32,000 nucleotides of DNA from Flavobacteriaceae bacterium (GCA_965224465.1 OZ245049.1:600001-632000), one strand, 5' to 3'. Numbered from the stretch's first letter, positions 17,191-26,546 are shown. Program-made: numbers and translations. The notes: a model not told the origin generated them from the sequence alone.

Positions 17191-18048
17191 TTAAAACGCC
17201 TTCACTACCGAAGCAAAAAAATCCTTAAGATGTTTGGTTCCATATATAGGTGCGACATTATCAAACGCCATAAGTGTCAGAAAAAACTCTATGGGACCAT
17301 AGGTCTTTGAAGAAGTACATGTGCGAACCATCCAAATAATAAACCTTCGAATCCAATTGGGAAGGTGGACGATTCTAATTTCCTTATCGCAGGCTTTAAG
17401 TGCCAATACAGCCAATTCATTTTGACTTAATATATCTGGACCACCTACAATTACTTCGGAAGTATTCGTAGCTATCGAATCTACACATAATTCTGCCAAG
17501 TCAGCTCCAGCAATTGGGTTTAATTTAAAATTACCATGTCCAAACAAATACACGGTACCTTTCTTAGCCATATCTAAAAAGTCCTTCATATCTGAAAAAA
17601 AACCATTCGGACGCATCACTGTATGATGTAATCCAGATAATTTTAAGACATCCACAAACTGCTCTTTTGCTTCAAATATTTTAAGGTGACGGAGTTTATC
17701 TCCCCCTATTGCAGAAACATATAAGAAGGAGTCTACTCCATATTTTTTTGCTTCGTATAGAAGGTTGATATTCCCTTGATAATCCACATCCATATACGTC
17801 AATCCATCTTTTTGTCTTGTGATTCCAATACTTGAAAAAACCCAATCAATATTTTTGCAAATCCCCTTCAATGTTTCCGCTTGTGTTATTTCACCCACAA
17901 AAAAATCTGTGACACCTTTAAACAATGCTTTCTGACTTTCTTTTCGAATCAAAACCCGTACGCAATGCTTTCTTTTTACAAGTTCTTTTACCAAATACTG
18001 TCCTAAATACCCTGTTGCGCCTGCAACTAAAACGTTCTTAGCTTCCAT
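17191..18048 (-). CDS. NAD(P)-binding atypical SDR / NmrA-like oxidoreductase
   Basis: 285-aa ORF with an N-terminal Rossmann motif (VLVAGATGYLGQYLVKEL). Its length and layout are typical of NmrA/HSCARG-like proteins. Confidence 0.8.
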   Translation of the reverse strand: MEAKNVLVAGATGYLGQYLVKELVKRKHCVRVLIRKESQKALFKGVTDFFVGEITQAETLKGICKNIDWVFSSIGITRQKDGLTYMDVDYQGNINLLYEAKKYGVDSFLYVSAIGGDKLRHLKIFEAKEQFVDVLKLSGLHHTVMRPNGFFSDMKDFLDMAKKGTVYLFGHGNFKLNPIAGADLAELCVDSIATNTSEVIVGGPDILSQNELAVLALKACDKEIRIVHLPNWIRRFIIWMVRTCTSSKTYGPIEFFLTLMAFDNVAPIYGTKHLKDFFASVVKAF

Positions 18049-18103
18049 CGTTTATTTTTATTACAAATTTAGAGCATCAATCTTGTTTCCTTCTTGACAA
18101 TCG

Positions 18104-18685
18104 TCAAGAACGATTTTTCTTATAAACACGTGCCTTAATTCGGCTCAGGGTTTCTGGAGACACTCCTAAAAAAGAGGCGATATATTGCTGTGGAACACGT
18201 TGAAATAAATCCCCCTGCGTCTGTAACAAATCTACATAGCGCTGTTCTGCTGATTTAGTCACAAAAGATGCAATTACTTTTTGACAAGTTATCAATTCGT
18301 TTTCCGTAGCAATTCTAGCAATCACCTCAAATTTAGGAATTACGCTTAATAATAATTCGATGTTTTTTTTTGTAAATACATATAGTTCCGTTTCTTCTAC
18401 TGCTTGGTAGTTTTCAATTGCAGGGATATTATAGGTGTAACTTTCACCTGCACAAATAAACTGCCCTTCTGTATAAAAGAATGCTGTTTTGTCGTTACCA
18501 TCTACATTGTAAAAAAGCCTTACGCAACCTTGTGTCACAAAATAGATGTCCTTATATATTTTTCCTTCCGTAAATATAATTTCATTTTTAGAATATCTTT
18601 TTTTCTCAACAGCTGTTGTGAGTGCAAATATTTCTGCTTCGTTTAAAGAAATATAAGCCTTGATATTTTTGAGTAGTTTATCCAT
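18104..18685 (-). CDS. Crp/Fnr family transcriptional regulator
   Basis: A cNMP-binding-like N-terminal domain and a C-terminal HTH (YIASFLGVSPETLSRIKA). The likely start is the ATG at 18685 (MDKLLKN...) rather than the track start at 18739. Confidence 0.85.
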   Translation of the reverse strand: MDKLLKNIKAYISLNEAEIFALTTAVEKKRYSKNEIIFTEGKIYKDIYFVTQGCVRLFYNVDGNDKTAFFYTEGQFICAGESYTYNIPAIENYQAVEETELYVFTKKNIELLLSVIPKFEVIARIATENELITCQKVIASFVTKSAEQRYVDLLQTQGDLFQRVPQQYIASFLGVSPETLSRIKARVYKKNRS

Positions 18686-18871
18686 TTTAGTAAAAAATAT
18701 TGATTTCACTGATATTTGTACGCAGTACCAGAAGAGCAATCACTATTATGAGCCCTTTCCAATGCATCGTCATATATTCAATTTCTAGTTGTTTTATAAA
18801 TTGTTACATCAAAACCGTTAAAAAGCACACCATTTCTCGTATAATAGATATTCCCACTAGAATTATAACAT

Positions 18872-19016
18872 CAATTAAAATCCAAATCACAGATATAAAT
18901 AGTTTGTTTTACGTCCTATCGTTGTTAAAAAACAGAACTACAGCTAACTATCCTTAGATTTTCCGTCTAGCTAAAATAATTACATATCTAAACCATCACT
19001 TGGAAATATTTTTTGT
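18872..19016 (-). repeat. Rep-A full-length copy
   Basis: caattaaaatccaaatcacagatataaatagtttgttttacgtcctatcgttgttaaaaaacagaactacagctaactatccttagattttccgtctagctaaaataattacatatctaaaccatcacttggaaatatt. Confidence 0.85.
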
Positions 19017-19308
19017 GTAAGTCATTCTTTATAGGGAAGTATACCTGAAATACAGTGCCATTTTATAAGGTTTTTCCGTTGTAAATTTAAAATAAAAACG
19101 CACAACATGTAACATATTACTACTATTTAACAGCTATTTCTTATTGCATATTATTCGTAAAAGTGGATTTAAAACCAGGTACTCACCTAGGTTTTTAAGC
19201 TAATTATTTTTAGTTTTACCCCTGGTAATAATGAACACGAAAATGAGTGCATTTTTTACTTAAACTCAGAACGAATCTATAGAACCAAGCTTCCCAAAGG
19301 CATACCTT

Positions 19309-21153
19309 ATGAAAGAAACAAACATACTACATTATATAAAAGACGTATTAGAAAATATGCCTACTGGTTGGTTGCACACCACTACCCATCGATTAGACAT
19401 TTATAATGAAAAACTTGCAAAAACGCAATTCTTAGACCAGCTTGAAACCTTATTTAAGAACAACAACGCAACGGCATCAGCACTCCTTGAATTACCGACC
19501 GCCTATGATTATATTAGGTTAGGGCATCCATTATCTTGCATTTTAGAATGGGGGATTGCGCAGCTACAGCACCTGAATCCAGCCCTTGTAATTAGTTTTT
19601 CTTCAAAGACCATTCCTCTGATGGCAATTCTAAGAAAAAATGCATTAGATCATAAAAACACACAAATCCTTTACACTGGAACATTGCCCAATGGTTTTGA
19701 TGCGGAAATATTGAGAAATATTTATGGCTATAAATTTGACCTAAAAAAAATAGAGAAAACCACGGCTATTTCTGATTTTAACGGAACAAATATTTTGATT
19801 TCAGAACACAATGAGATTTGTAATTTTGACCTACAGCCAAATATTGACTTTTTTATAAATACACATACTCAATTTGGAAGTGTTTTACTCATAAACGGAA
19901 CAAAAAACAACAATTATATCTCAGAAATTCAGCATGTACGAAGAAGAGAATCTATCGCCATGACCCCCGACAATGCGCTTGCTGTACTACACCTTCTCTT
20001 AAATAACACTTCGTTTAAACCTAAAAAAAGTAATTTTGAATCCGATAAAACAACTGTTTTAAATGAAATAAAAACCATTACAGACAGCAATACACCTCCT
20101 CTAGTTGCCTCTAGCGGTCTCTCTATTCAATATGCTATTTTGATGGGACTTGTTCACAATGCCCGAGAGAAACACCAAGGAAAAGCAATCAAAATTATTG
20201 TTCCTCCAAATTGTTATGGAGGCACCAATGATCAAGCAAGACGTGTTGCTGCTTGTATCGACAATGTAGAAGTAGTAGATTTACCTGTAGATGGAGGCAA
20301 CGATATGGTTCAAAGTATTGACATTGTCTTGGCTAAAATTGCAATCGAAGATGCAGTGCCTTATATCATCGCAGAAATCCCTACAAATCCTAGAGTTGAA
20401 GTACCTGATCTTAGTCTATTAAAAGAAGTATTACATAAAGTACGTACAACTGCAACTGGAAAAACAGCCATCGACCCCGTGTTTATTTTAGACCAAACAT
20501 TTTGTCCGAATGTCCATTTCTTAGGGGAAAACGAAATTCTAGCCAGTGTGCGCACTATTTCATTTGCTAGCGGCTCAAAATTCCCAAGTGGAGGACGCTG
20601 TATTGCGGGCTACTGTACTGCCAATAAAAAAGCAGCAGCTTTGATGGAAAAAATTGCAGTACATCTAAGTATTTGTGATAACGAAGCGACACCTATGCAG
20701 TATAAAATCTTAGCAGAGCAATTGCCTACAATGAATCAAAGAATAAAAGATGCTTACAAAAACACCCGTGAATTTGTAAACTTTATCCAAGACACCTTAC
20801 CTACGGCAAACATAAATTTTGTTTCAGAAGCATTGGCAGCACAAGGATTTACTCCTTCTGTGTTTTCTTTAGATCTTCCTACAAAAGGAAAAACAGCAGC
20901 AGAAAAAGAAGCGTACAAAAGAGCTTTAAATCATAAGTTAATCCAATTAATGATTACCGAAATCCCAAACGAAAGCAAGTACTGCGTGAGCTATGGACAA
21001 TTAAAAGGGTGTTACTGGACAATTCCTGCAACCTCTACACAAGGAACCACCAAGGAAGATGATAAGGATTATATTGCACGTGTAGCATTATCTCCTAACA
21101 TGGATCTTGAACTCCATAAAAAAGTGTTTTTACAATTTGTTGCAGAAATTTAA
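19309..21153 (+). CDS. Large PLP-dependent enzyme, C-terminal half of the Cys/Met-metabolism (trans-sulfuration fold type I) type
   Basis: 614-aa ORF. SSGLSIQYAILMGL, YGGTNDQ, AEIPTNPRVEVPDL, ILDQTFCP and SFASGSKFPSGG (candidate PLP lysine) follow the order of motifs in cystathionine synthase/lyase-like enzymes. The ~260-aa N-terminal extension is of unknown function. Confidence 0.75.
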   Translation: MKETNILHYIKDVLENMPTGWLHTTTHRLDIYNEKLAKTQFLDQLETLFKNNNATASALLELPTAYDYIRLGHPLSCILEWGIAQLQHLNPALVISFSSKTIPLMAILRKNALDHKNTQILYTGTLPNGFDAEILRNIYGYKFDLKKIEKTTAISDFNGTNILISEHNEICNFDLQPNIDFFINTHTQFGSVLLINGTKNNNYISEIQHVRRRESIAMTPDNALAVLHLLLNNTSFKPKKSNFESDKTTVLNEIKTITDSNTPPLVASSGLSIQYAILMGLVHNAREKHQGKAIKIIVPPNCYGGTNDQARRVAACIDNVEVVDLPVDGGNDMVQSIDIVLAKIAIEDAVPYIIAEIPTNPRVEVPDLSLLKEVLHKVRTTATGKTAIDPVFILDQTFCPNVHFLGENEILASVRTISFASGSKFPSGGRCIAGYCTANKKAAALMEKIAVHLSICDNEATPMQYKILAEQLPTMNQRIKDAYKNTREFVNFIQDTLPTANINFVSEALAAQGFTPSVFSLDLPTKGKTAAEKEAYKRALNHKLIQLMITEIPNESKYCVSYGQLKGCYWTIPATSTQGTTKEDDKDYIARVALSPNMDLELHKKVFLQFVAEI

Positions 21154-21160
21154 AACGAAC

Positions 21161-21190
21161 GGGAGACCGCTGTATCTCCCTGTTTTTTTT
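21161..21190 (+). terminator. Rho-independent terminator of the PLP-enzyme gene
   Basis: GGGAGA-ccgctgta-TCTCCC hairpin followed by TGTTTTTTTT, 8 nt after the stop codon. Confidence 0.7.
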
Positions 21191-21196
21191 AACGTT

Positions 21197-21224
21197 ATAA
21201 TACCAATTACAATCCAAAATAACA
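21197..21224 (-). repeat. Rep-A terminal fragment
   Basis: ataataccaattacaatccaaaataaca; only the gene-proximal arm is present. Confidence 0.7.
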
Positions 21225-21234
21225 GCCTCTACTT

Positions 21235-21693
21235 CTATACATCTAATTCTAAACAATCAATAAGCGTTTTCATTCCTATTAAAACAATCCCTCTTAACTC
21301 TCCATTCATGCGCTTAAAACCATTTTGCGTAGTTGCCATAACTAAAACCCCTGTAAATAAACTTTTAGATCTAAGATTTGATAGGTACTTTTTATTGATT
21401 TTTATTTTGTTTTTATCATTCTCTTCTCCTGAAAAATAGTTGAGAAATTGTAAGTTTTTAGACTGACATATCTCAAACTCAAAGGAATTTAACTGTTTCT
21501 TATTTGTTTTTTTTAATCTCTCAAAATACAAATAAATTACAAAAATAATTTTCATTATATCATTTAACGCCTCTTCTTCAACATCAAATTTATAGCCTAT
21601 TAACAAGGACATCATAAATGGTTGATTCTTTAGCATTCTTTCTGATATATCCGTAGACTCACGCATCCCTATATTCTCTACCTTTTTTATCAA
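21235..21693 (-). CDS. Hypothetical protein
   Basis: 152-aa ORF with a TTG start 13 nt from the Rep-A terminus. I recognise no family, so coding status is less certain. Confidence 0.45.
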   Translation of the reverse strand: MIKKVENIGMRESTDISERMLKNQPFMMSLLIGYKFDVEEEALNDIMKIIFVIYLYFERLKKTNKKQLNSFEFEICQSKNLQFLNYFSGEENDKNKIKINKKYLSNLRSKSLFTGVLVMATTQNGFKRMNGELRGIVLIGMKTLIDCLELDV

Positions 21694-21705
21694 AGCTCCA
21701 ATAAT

Positions 21706-21862
21706 AATACCAATTACAATCCAAAATAACCGATATAAATAGTTTATTTTACGTTCTAGCGTTGTTGAAAAATAGAACGATAGCTAAGGCTATCCTTAGA
21801 TTTTCCGCCTAGCTAGAACAAAAAATAATTCTATTTCTAAACCGTCACTTGGAAATGTAGTT
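21706..21862 (-). repeat. Rep-A full-length copy (closest to consensus)
   Basis: aataccaattacaatccaaaataaccgatataaatagtttattttacgttctagcgttgttgaaaaatagaacgatagctaaggctatccttagattttccgcctagctagaacaaaaaataattctatttctaaaccgtcacttggaaatgtagttg. Confidence 0.9.
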
Positions 21863-22083
21863 GAAATAAGAGATTCATCAATATCTTTTTGAGTGATTTT
21901 CATTCTAATTTCGTTCGTTTTTTAATTTTTTATACAATCGTATCAATCCCGTAAAAATGTATTTCTACCACCTTAAGCCTCTCAACTAAAGGCAACAACA
22001 TTATAAATACAGGAAATATTTTATTTATTTAATCCTGAATAAACTCAGTGAATTATATTTTTTATCGAAACTAACATCAGAAT

Positions 22084-22647
22084 TTATCTTCTTTTTTTGT
22101 TTATGATTTTAAGCCCCAATAATAGTAATAAGATCAAAATGACAACAAAAAAAGCACTCGTAGAAACACTTTTCAGTACAGAGAAACAGCTCGTTGTTTC
22201 TACCGTGATCGCTGTCAAATTAGGATACCTTGTCAACATAAAGATAATTCCAAAATTTTCCAAATAATCTGCAATCCCAGAAAATATTGGGAGCAGACAT
22301 ACATATGCTAATGGCGTATGTAATGAATTTAGTTTTTTTAGAAAATACGCTATTATCAAACAATACGTAAGTCCAAAAAACAATGGGTATATCATATCTA
22401 CAGGCAATTGGTTTGTAAGATAATTTTGCTGCCCAATTTCACCAAGCTCATTAAATAATTTGTTCACATAGTTCAAGTCATATCCAGTAGGCATCAAATC
22501 CAATAATTTCATTCCCTTAGAAAACCCCATTGTTTTGGGAATTGTTACAGTTAGCATAACCAGCAATACAATATTGGTTACTAAAAAAAGTCCTAAAATC
22601 TTTTTACCTGAATTTGATCCGTTTATAAATTTAATAAGTCGTTTCAT
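22084..22647 (-). CDS. Hypothetical multi-pass membrane protein
   Basis: 187-aa ORF with 4-5 hydrophobic helices. I recognise no family. Confidence 0.6.
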   Translation of the reverse strand: MKRLIKFINGSNSGKKILGLFLVTNIVLLVMLTVTIPKTMGFSKGMKLLDLMPTGYDLNYVNKLFNELGEIGQQNYLTNQLPVDMIYPLFFGLTYCLIIAYFLKKLNSLHTPLAYVCLLPIFSGIADYLENFGIIFMLTRYPNLTAITVETTSCFSVLKSVSTSAFFVVILILLLLLGLKIINKKRR

Positions 22648-22867
22648 GCTTTATAAAATAAGTACGTATTCCTCTTATGTACAGAAAAGTAACGGTACAG
22701 AGCAGTGCGTGATGCTATTTAAAAATTATATATCTCTACAATATCTTTCAAATATATAAAAGTTAGGGCTACCTCACACGCATAATTTATTTTTTCTCAT
22801 GCATTCTAAAAAGTGTTATTTTTTAAATACCCGTTGAATAATGTCATACGTACGTTTATACCACACA

Positions 22868-22975
22868 ATCCAAAATAACCGATATAAATAGCTTGTTTTA
22901 GGTTCTAGCTAGAACAAAAAATAATTCTATTTCTAAACCGTTACTTGGAAATGTGTTTGGTATTATTTTTAAAAG
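22868..22975 (-). repeat. Rep-A copy with an internal deletion
   Basis: ataccacacaatccaaaataaccgatataaatagcttgttttaggttctagctagaacaaaaaataattctatttctaaaccgttacttggaaatgtgtttggtattat. The centre is collapsed between two TTCTAG/CTAGAA repeats. Confidence 0.85.
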
Positions 22976-23010
22976 TAAAGAAGCTGCTTTCTACAATGGT
23001 ATATAGTTAT

Positions 23011-23052
23011 AAAAAAAATAGAGGGCGTTTGGTCAACAACCAAACACCCTCT
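23011..23052 (-). terminator. Rho-independent terminator downstream of the DJ-1/PfpI gene (minus strand)
   Basis: A 14-bp stem with one mismatch (AGAGGGCGTTTGGT / ACCAAACACCCTCT) and a 5-nt loop. On the minus strand it is followed by a T run (A9 at 23011-23019 on the plus strand). Confidence 0.65.
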
Positions 23053-23057
23053 ATTTT

Positions 23058-23106
23058 ACACAAATTACAATCCAAAATAACGGTTTAGAAAAGTATTTGT
23101 ATTAGA
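23058..23106 (-). repeat. Rep-A minimal/degenerate copy
   Basis: acacaaattacaatccaaaataacggtttagaaaagtatttgtattag. Confidence 0.5.
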
Positions 23107-23124
23107 TAAAAAAACACGTTTTTT

Positions 23125-23924
23125 TTACTTCAACTTTTTCAATAAAAGTGTTGCCACTAACTCAGAAGACGCAGGATTTTGCCCTGTAATTAACAGCCCA
23201 TCTTCAACAGCATAAGGGTTCCAATCTGCTTTCTTAGAATAAATCCCTCCATTACTTTTCAGCATATCTTCTACCAAAAACGGTACAACATCGGTTAATT
23301 GAACTGCTTTTTCTTCACTATTTGTAAATCCAGTTACTTTTTTCCCATTTACTAAAGGAGTTCCATCAGCATTTTTTGTATGTTTAAAAATAGCAGGAGC
23401 ATGGCACACAGCAGCAACAGGTTTATTATTTCTATAAAAAGCCTCTATCAATGCAATGGAATACTTATCTTCTGCTAAATCCCATAAAGGACCATGTCCT
23501 CCAGGATAAAATACGGCATCAAAATCAGATTGATTTACAGTTTCTAATTTTACAGTTTTTGACAATGCCTCTTTGGTTTCCTTATCTATATTAAACCTAA
23601 TAGTTGCAGGCGTTTGAAAATCTGGAGAGGTGCTTTTGGATCTATCGGTGGTTGCCCACCTTTTGGAGATGCCAAGGTTATTTCTACACCTTTATCTTTC
23701 AATAAATAGTACGGCGCAGCAAACTCCTCTATCCAAAACCCTGTTTTTAGTCCTGTATTCCCTAAATCTTCGTGACTCGTCAAGACAAATAATACTTTTT
23801 TAATAGAAGCACTATTTTCTGTAGAAGTACTTAATTTCTGTTCCTTAGTATTGCTTTCTTTTGTCTTCTTAGCACAAGAAGAAAACAAAGAAATCGCAAT
23901 GAGCATTATTGTTATTTTTTTCAT
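23125..23924 (-). pseudogene. DJ-1/PfpI (type 1 glutamine amidotransferase-like) lipoprotein gene split by a 1-nt frameshift
   Basis: ORF 23586-23924 has a lipoprotein signal (LFSSC) and ...LASPKGGQPPIDPK. ORF 23125-23565 has ...AVFYPGGHGPLWDL...AAVCHAPA. Shifting frame at the T4 run 23634-23637 (an A run on the coding strand) gives the continuous reading ...IDPKSTSPDFQTPATIRFNIDKETKEALSKTVKLETV.... Confidence 0.8.
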
Positions 23925-24012
23925 ATGAAATCATTTTATTTTATAGTGACAAAATTACAAGGAAAAGAACTCTTAAAAATTGATGCATGGTAATTTAATT
24001 GATGCAATAAAC

Positions 24013-24597
24013 TCACTCCTGCGTTAATTCTTTTCTTATCCTACTTAAACTTTCTGTAGTGATTCCAAGATAAGAAGCAATGTGATAATTTTTTACACGC
24101 TGTTCAATATCTGGATACATACGTCTAAAGGATACATATCTTTCTTTGGCTGATTCTGATAAACTGGCTAATATTCTTATTTGAAAACTGGCAAAAGCAC
24201 CTTCCATTTTTTTTCTAAAAAATGTTTCTAATGATGGAATTTCAAGAAACAATTCCTCCATGTCTTTTTTTGATATTTTATAAAGCATTGCGTCTTGAAT
24301 AATTTCAATATTCATGATCGCTTTACTTGAAGTAAAGAAAGCTGTATAGTCACTTATCCACCAATCGTTCACAGCAAACTGTAATGTGTGTTCTTTACCA
24401 GATTTGTCAATAAAAAACGTTCGTAAGCATCCATTGTAAACATAGAATTGATACAAAACCCTCTCTGATGCTTTTAATAGCGTAGTTCCTTTTTTAAGCA
24501 GTACTTTTTCTAACTTACTTTCTATAAGTATTGCTTCTTCTGATGAAAAAGAAATGCCTTTAAAAATTTCTGATACTATTGAATTATCGGTCTTCAT
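24013..24597 (-). CDS. Crp/Fnr family transcriptional regulator
   Basis: 194-aa ORF with a cNMP-binding-like domain and a C-terminal HTH (HIASYLGITTESLSRIRKEL). Confidence 0.85.
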   Translation of the reverse strand: MKTDNSIVSEIFKGISFSSEEAILIESKLEKVLLKKGTTLLKASERVLYQFYVYNGCLRTFFIDKSGKEHTLQFAVNDWWISDYTAFFTSSKAIMNIEIIQDAMLYKISKKDMEELFLEIPSLETFFRKKMEGAFASFQIRILASLSESAKERYVSFRRMYPDIEQRVKNYHIASYLGITTESLSRIRKELTQE

Positions 24598-24795
24598 TTA
24601 AATTACTATCAATAGGTTATATTATGATGAGTGATGTATTTTACGCATCCAATATAGCAAAAAACAAATCAAGTAAAAGTTTTACATAAAAAAACTAACG
24701 ATACCTATCGCTAGATTTCTTTAAACACAGAAGAACAAAACATACCTTATTCACATCGGCTATTTGAATATTTTTTTGGTATAGTCACTGTTCTT

Positions 24796-24853
24796 TACTG
24801 GAAATGATGTTATACCAATTTCTAAACCGTCACTTGAAAAAATATTTGGTACT
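24796..24853 (-). repeat. Rep-A distal-arm fragments (two in tandem)
   Basis: tactggaaatgatgttatacc followed by tttctaaaccgtcacttgaaaaaatatttggtact. Confidence 0.6.
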
Positions 24854-25429
24854 ACAACAACAAAGTAGTTGTAGTACCAAATTGATGTAATTTAGTTGTA
24901 TTTTTTCTCAGAAATCACAGTGTCATTTTTATATTCAATTTCTTTAGAAATTTTTCCGTTTAGCTTGAAATATTTCCACACACCTGTTTTTTCATCATTC
25001 TTATACATGCCTTGACTAGCTACTTTTGCTGCATCATTATAGGTTTTGGAAATTCCATTTTTTCTTCCGTTCGCATATGTAACGGTTTTTCTCAACATAT
25101 TATCATCATTAAAATATTTCCATTCACCTGATTTATAGCCTAGTTTATAGTAACCTTCAAGTATAAGATCACCTGTTTCAGAATATTTTTTAAAGAGACC
25201 ATCTTTATAACCATCTTTAGAATTGACCGTTCTTTTTTTATTTCCATTATTATAAAAACTATTTTCAGTTTTCAAATAACCAGCAACAAATTCTTTTTCA
25301 CTAACTAATAGACCTGAGGAATTATAGTATTTACATGTCCCCTGTAACTTATCATCTTTAAATAACTCTAATGATGCTATTTTATGATTGTTATAGAATT
25401 CTTTTTTACTGTAATCTTTTGCATTGCTG

Positions 25430-26546
25430 AATTCAAGTCACAAACGCAACTTTTAGTTAAATAATAATTGTTCCATTACAAATATAGGGTTTTGATATTT
25501 ATGTCTCTTCCTAGGTCTGTTATTTAATTTTGTTTCTACCTCTTTGATTCTTTGATCTGTTAGGTTTGTAAAGTCACTTCCTTTGGCAAAATATTGTCTA
25601 ATCAAACCATTTAAATTTTCGTTAGATCCTCTTTCCCAAGAGTGATATGGATGCGCAAAAAAGTAATCAATACATAAATTTTCTGCAACCTGCTCATGGC
25701 CTGCAAATTCTTTTCCATTATCAGCTGTTATAGTATGTAGATAAGGCTTCCAGTCTTCTAATATTTCATTGATAGCTTTAGTGACAACAACTGCTTCTTT
25801 AGAGCTTACTTTTTTCATTTTAAGCATTCCAGAAGCTCTATCATTTACGGTAAGTATGGCTTGATTATGGTTTTTACCTATGATTAAATCGACCTCTAAA
25901 TCTCCAAATCGATTTCTTTGTTCAACAACTTCAGGGCGTTGTTCTATACTAATACGATTCTTTATAACCCCTCTAGAATCCTTTGATGAGCCACGTTTTC
26001 TATATCTCCTTCCCTGTCTGCGAAGGTGTGTATGTAAATCACCATCATTCCTCTTGTCTTCCCTAATATGCTGATATATACGCTCAATAGACACCGTTTC
26101 TTTACCTTGTTTTTTTAGGACACCAACTACTTGCTCAGGACTATAATCGTCTCGCAATAACAACTCTATTGCTTGTTGAATATCTTCTGTAAAGCGTTTT
26201 CTTTTAGGCTTTTCTTTATGACGTTTAGCATACTTTTTTTGGGCTAATTCATGCTTGTAAACTCCATTTCTTTTGTCTGAATTACGCTTAATCTCTTTGC
26301 TAATAACAGACTTGTCTTTTCCTATAGCAGCTGCTATCTCAACCTGTTTATAACCTTGTTTTAACATGCAACAAATTGTGTATCTTTGCGCTTGGGTGAT
26401 GTGTTTCATACAACTTCTTTTTTCGAGATTTGAGACCGTAAGATACATATCCATCAAGACAAGAAAGGTAGGTTTTCCTACTTTTCTGTTTTGAAAATAT
26501 AACCATCATAGAATCAAATCGAAAAGTTGCGTTTATTAGTTGAATT
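25430..26546 (-). mobile_element. IS30-family insertion sequence (~1117 bp)
   Basis: Terminal inverted repeats AATTCAAGTCACAAACGCAACTTTT (25430-25454) and AATTCAACTAATAAACGCAACTTTT (reverse complement of 26522-26546) match at 22/25. A single transposase ORF fills the element. I could not identify a target-site duplication by eye. Confidence 0.85.
25453..26409 (-). CDS. IS30 family transposase
   Basis: An N-terminal HTH (ITQAQRYTICCMLKQGYKQVEIAAAIGKDKSVISKEIKRN) and a DDE core (...DLEVDLI...TITADNGKEF...HPYHSWERGSNENLNGLIRQY). The likely start is the ATG at 26409. Confidence 0.9.
   Translation of the reverse strand: MKHITQAQRYTICCMLKQGYKQVEIAAAIGKDKSVISKEIKRNSDKRNGVYKHELAQKKYAKRHKEKPKRKRFTEDIQQAIELLLRDDYSPEQVVGVLKKQGKETVSIERIYQHIREDKRNDGDLHTHLRRQGRRYRKRGSSKDSRGVIKNRISIEQRPEVVEQRNRFGDLEVDLIIGKNHNQAILTVNDRASGMLKMKKVSSKEAVVVTKAINEILEDWKPYLHTITADNGKEFAGHEQVAENLCIDYFFAHPYHSWERGSNENLNGLIRQYFAKGSDFTNLTDQRIKEVETKLNNRPRKRHKYQNPIFVMEQLLFN

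Noticed and set aside
404-24853. CRISPR array or canonical integron attC sites as the explanation for the interspersed repeats
   Set aside because: The repeats are 66-161 nt, irregularly spaced (0.1-3 kb) and separated by genes, so they are not a CRISPR array. No cas genes are present. The arms lack the RYYYAAC/GTTRRRY attC core sites and no intI is present, so I describe it only as integron-like in layout.
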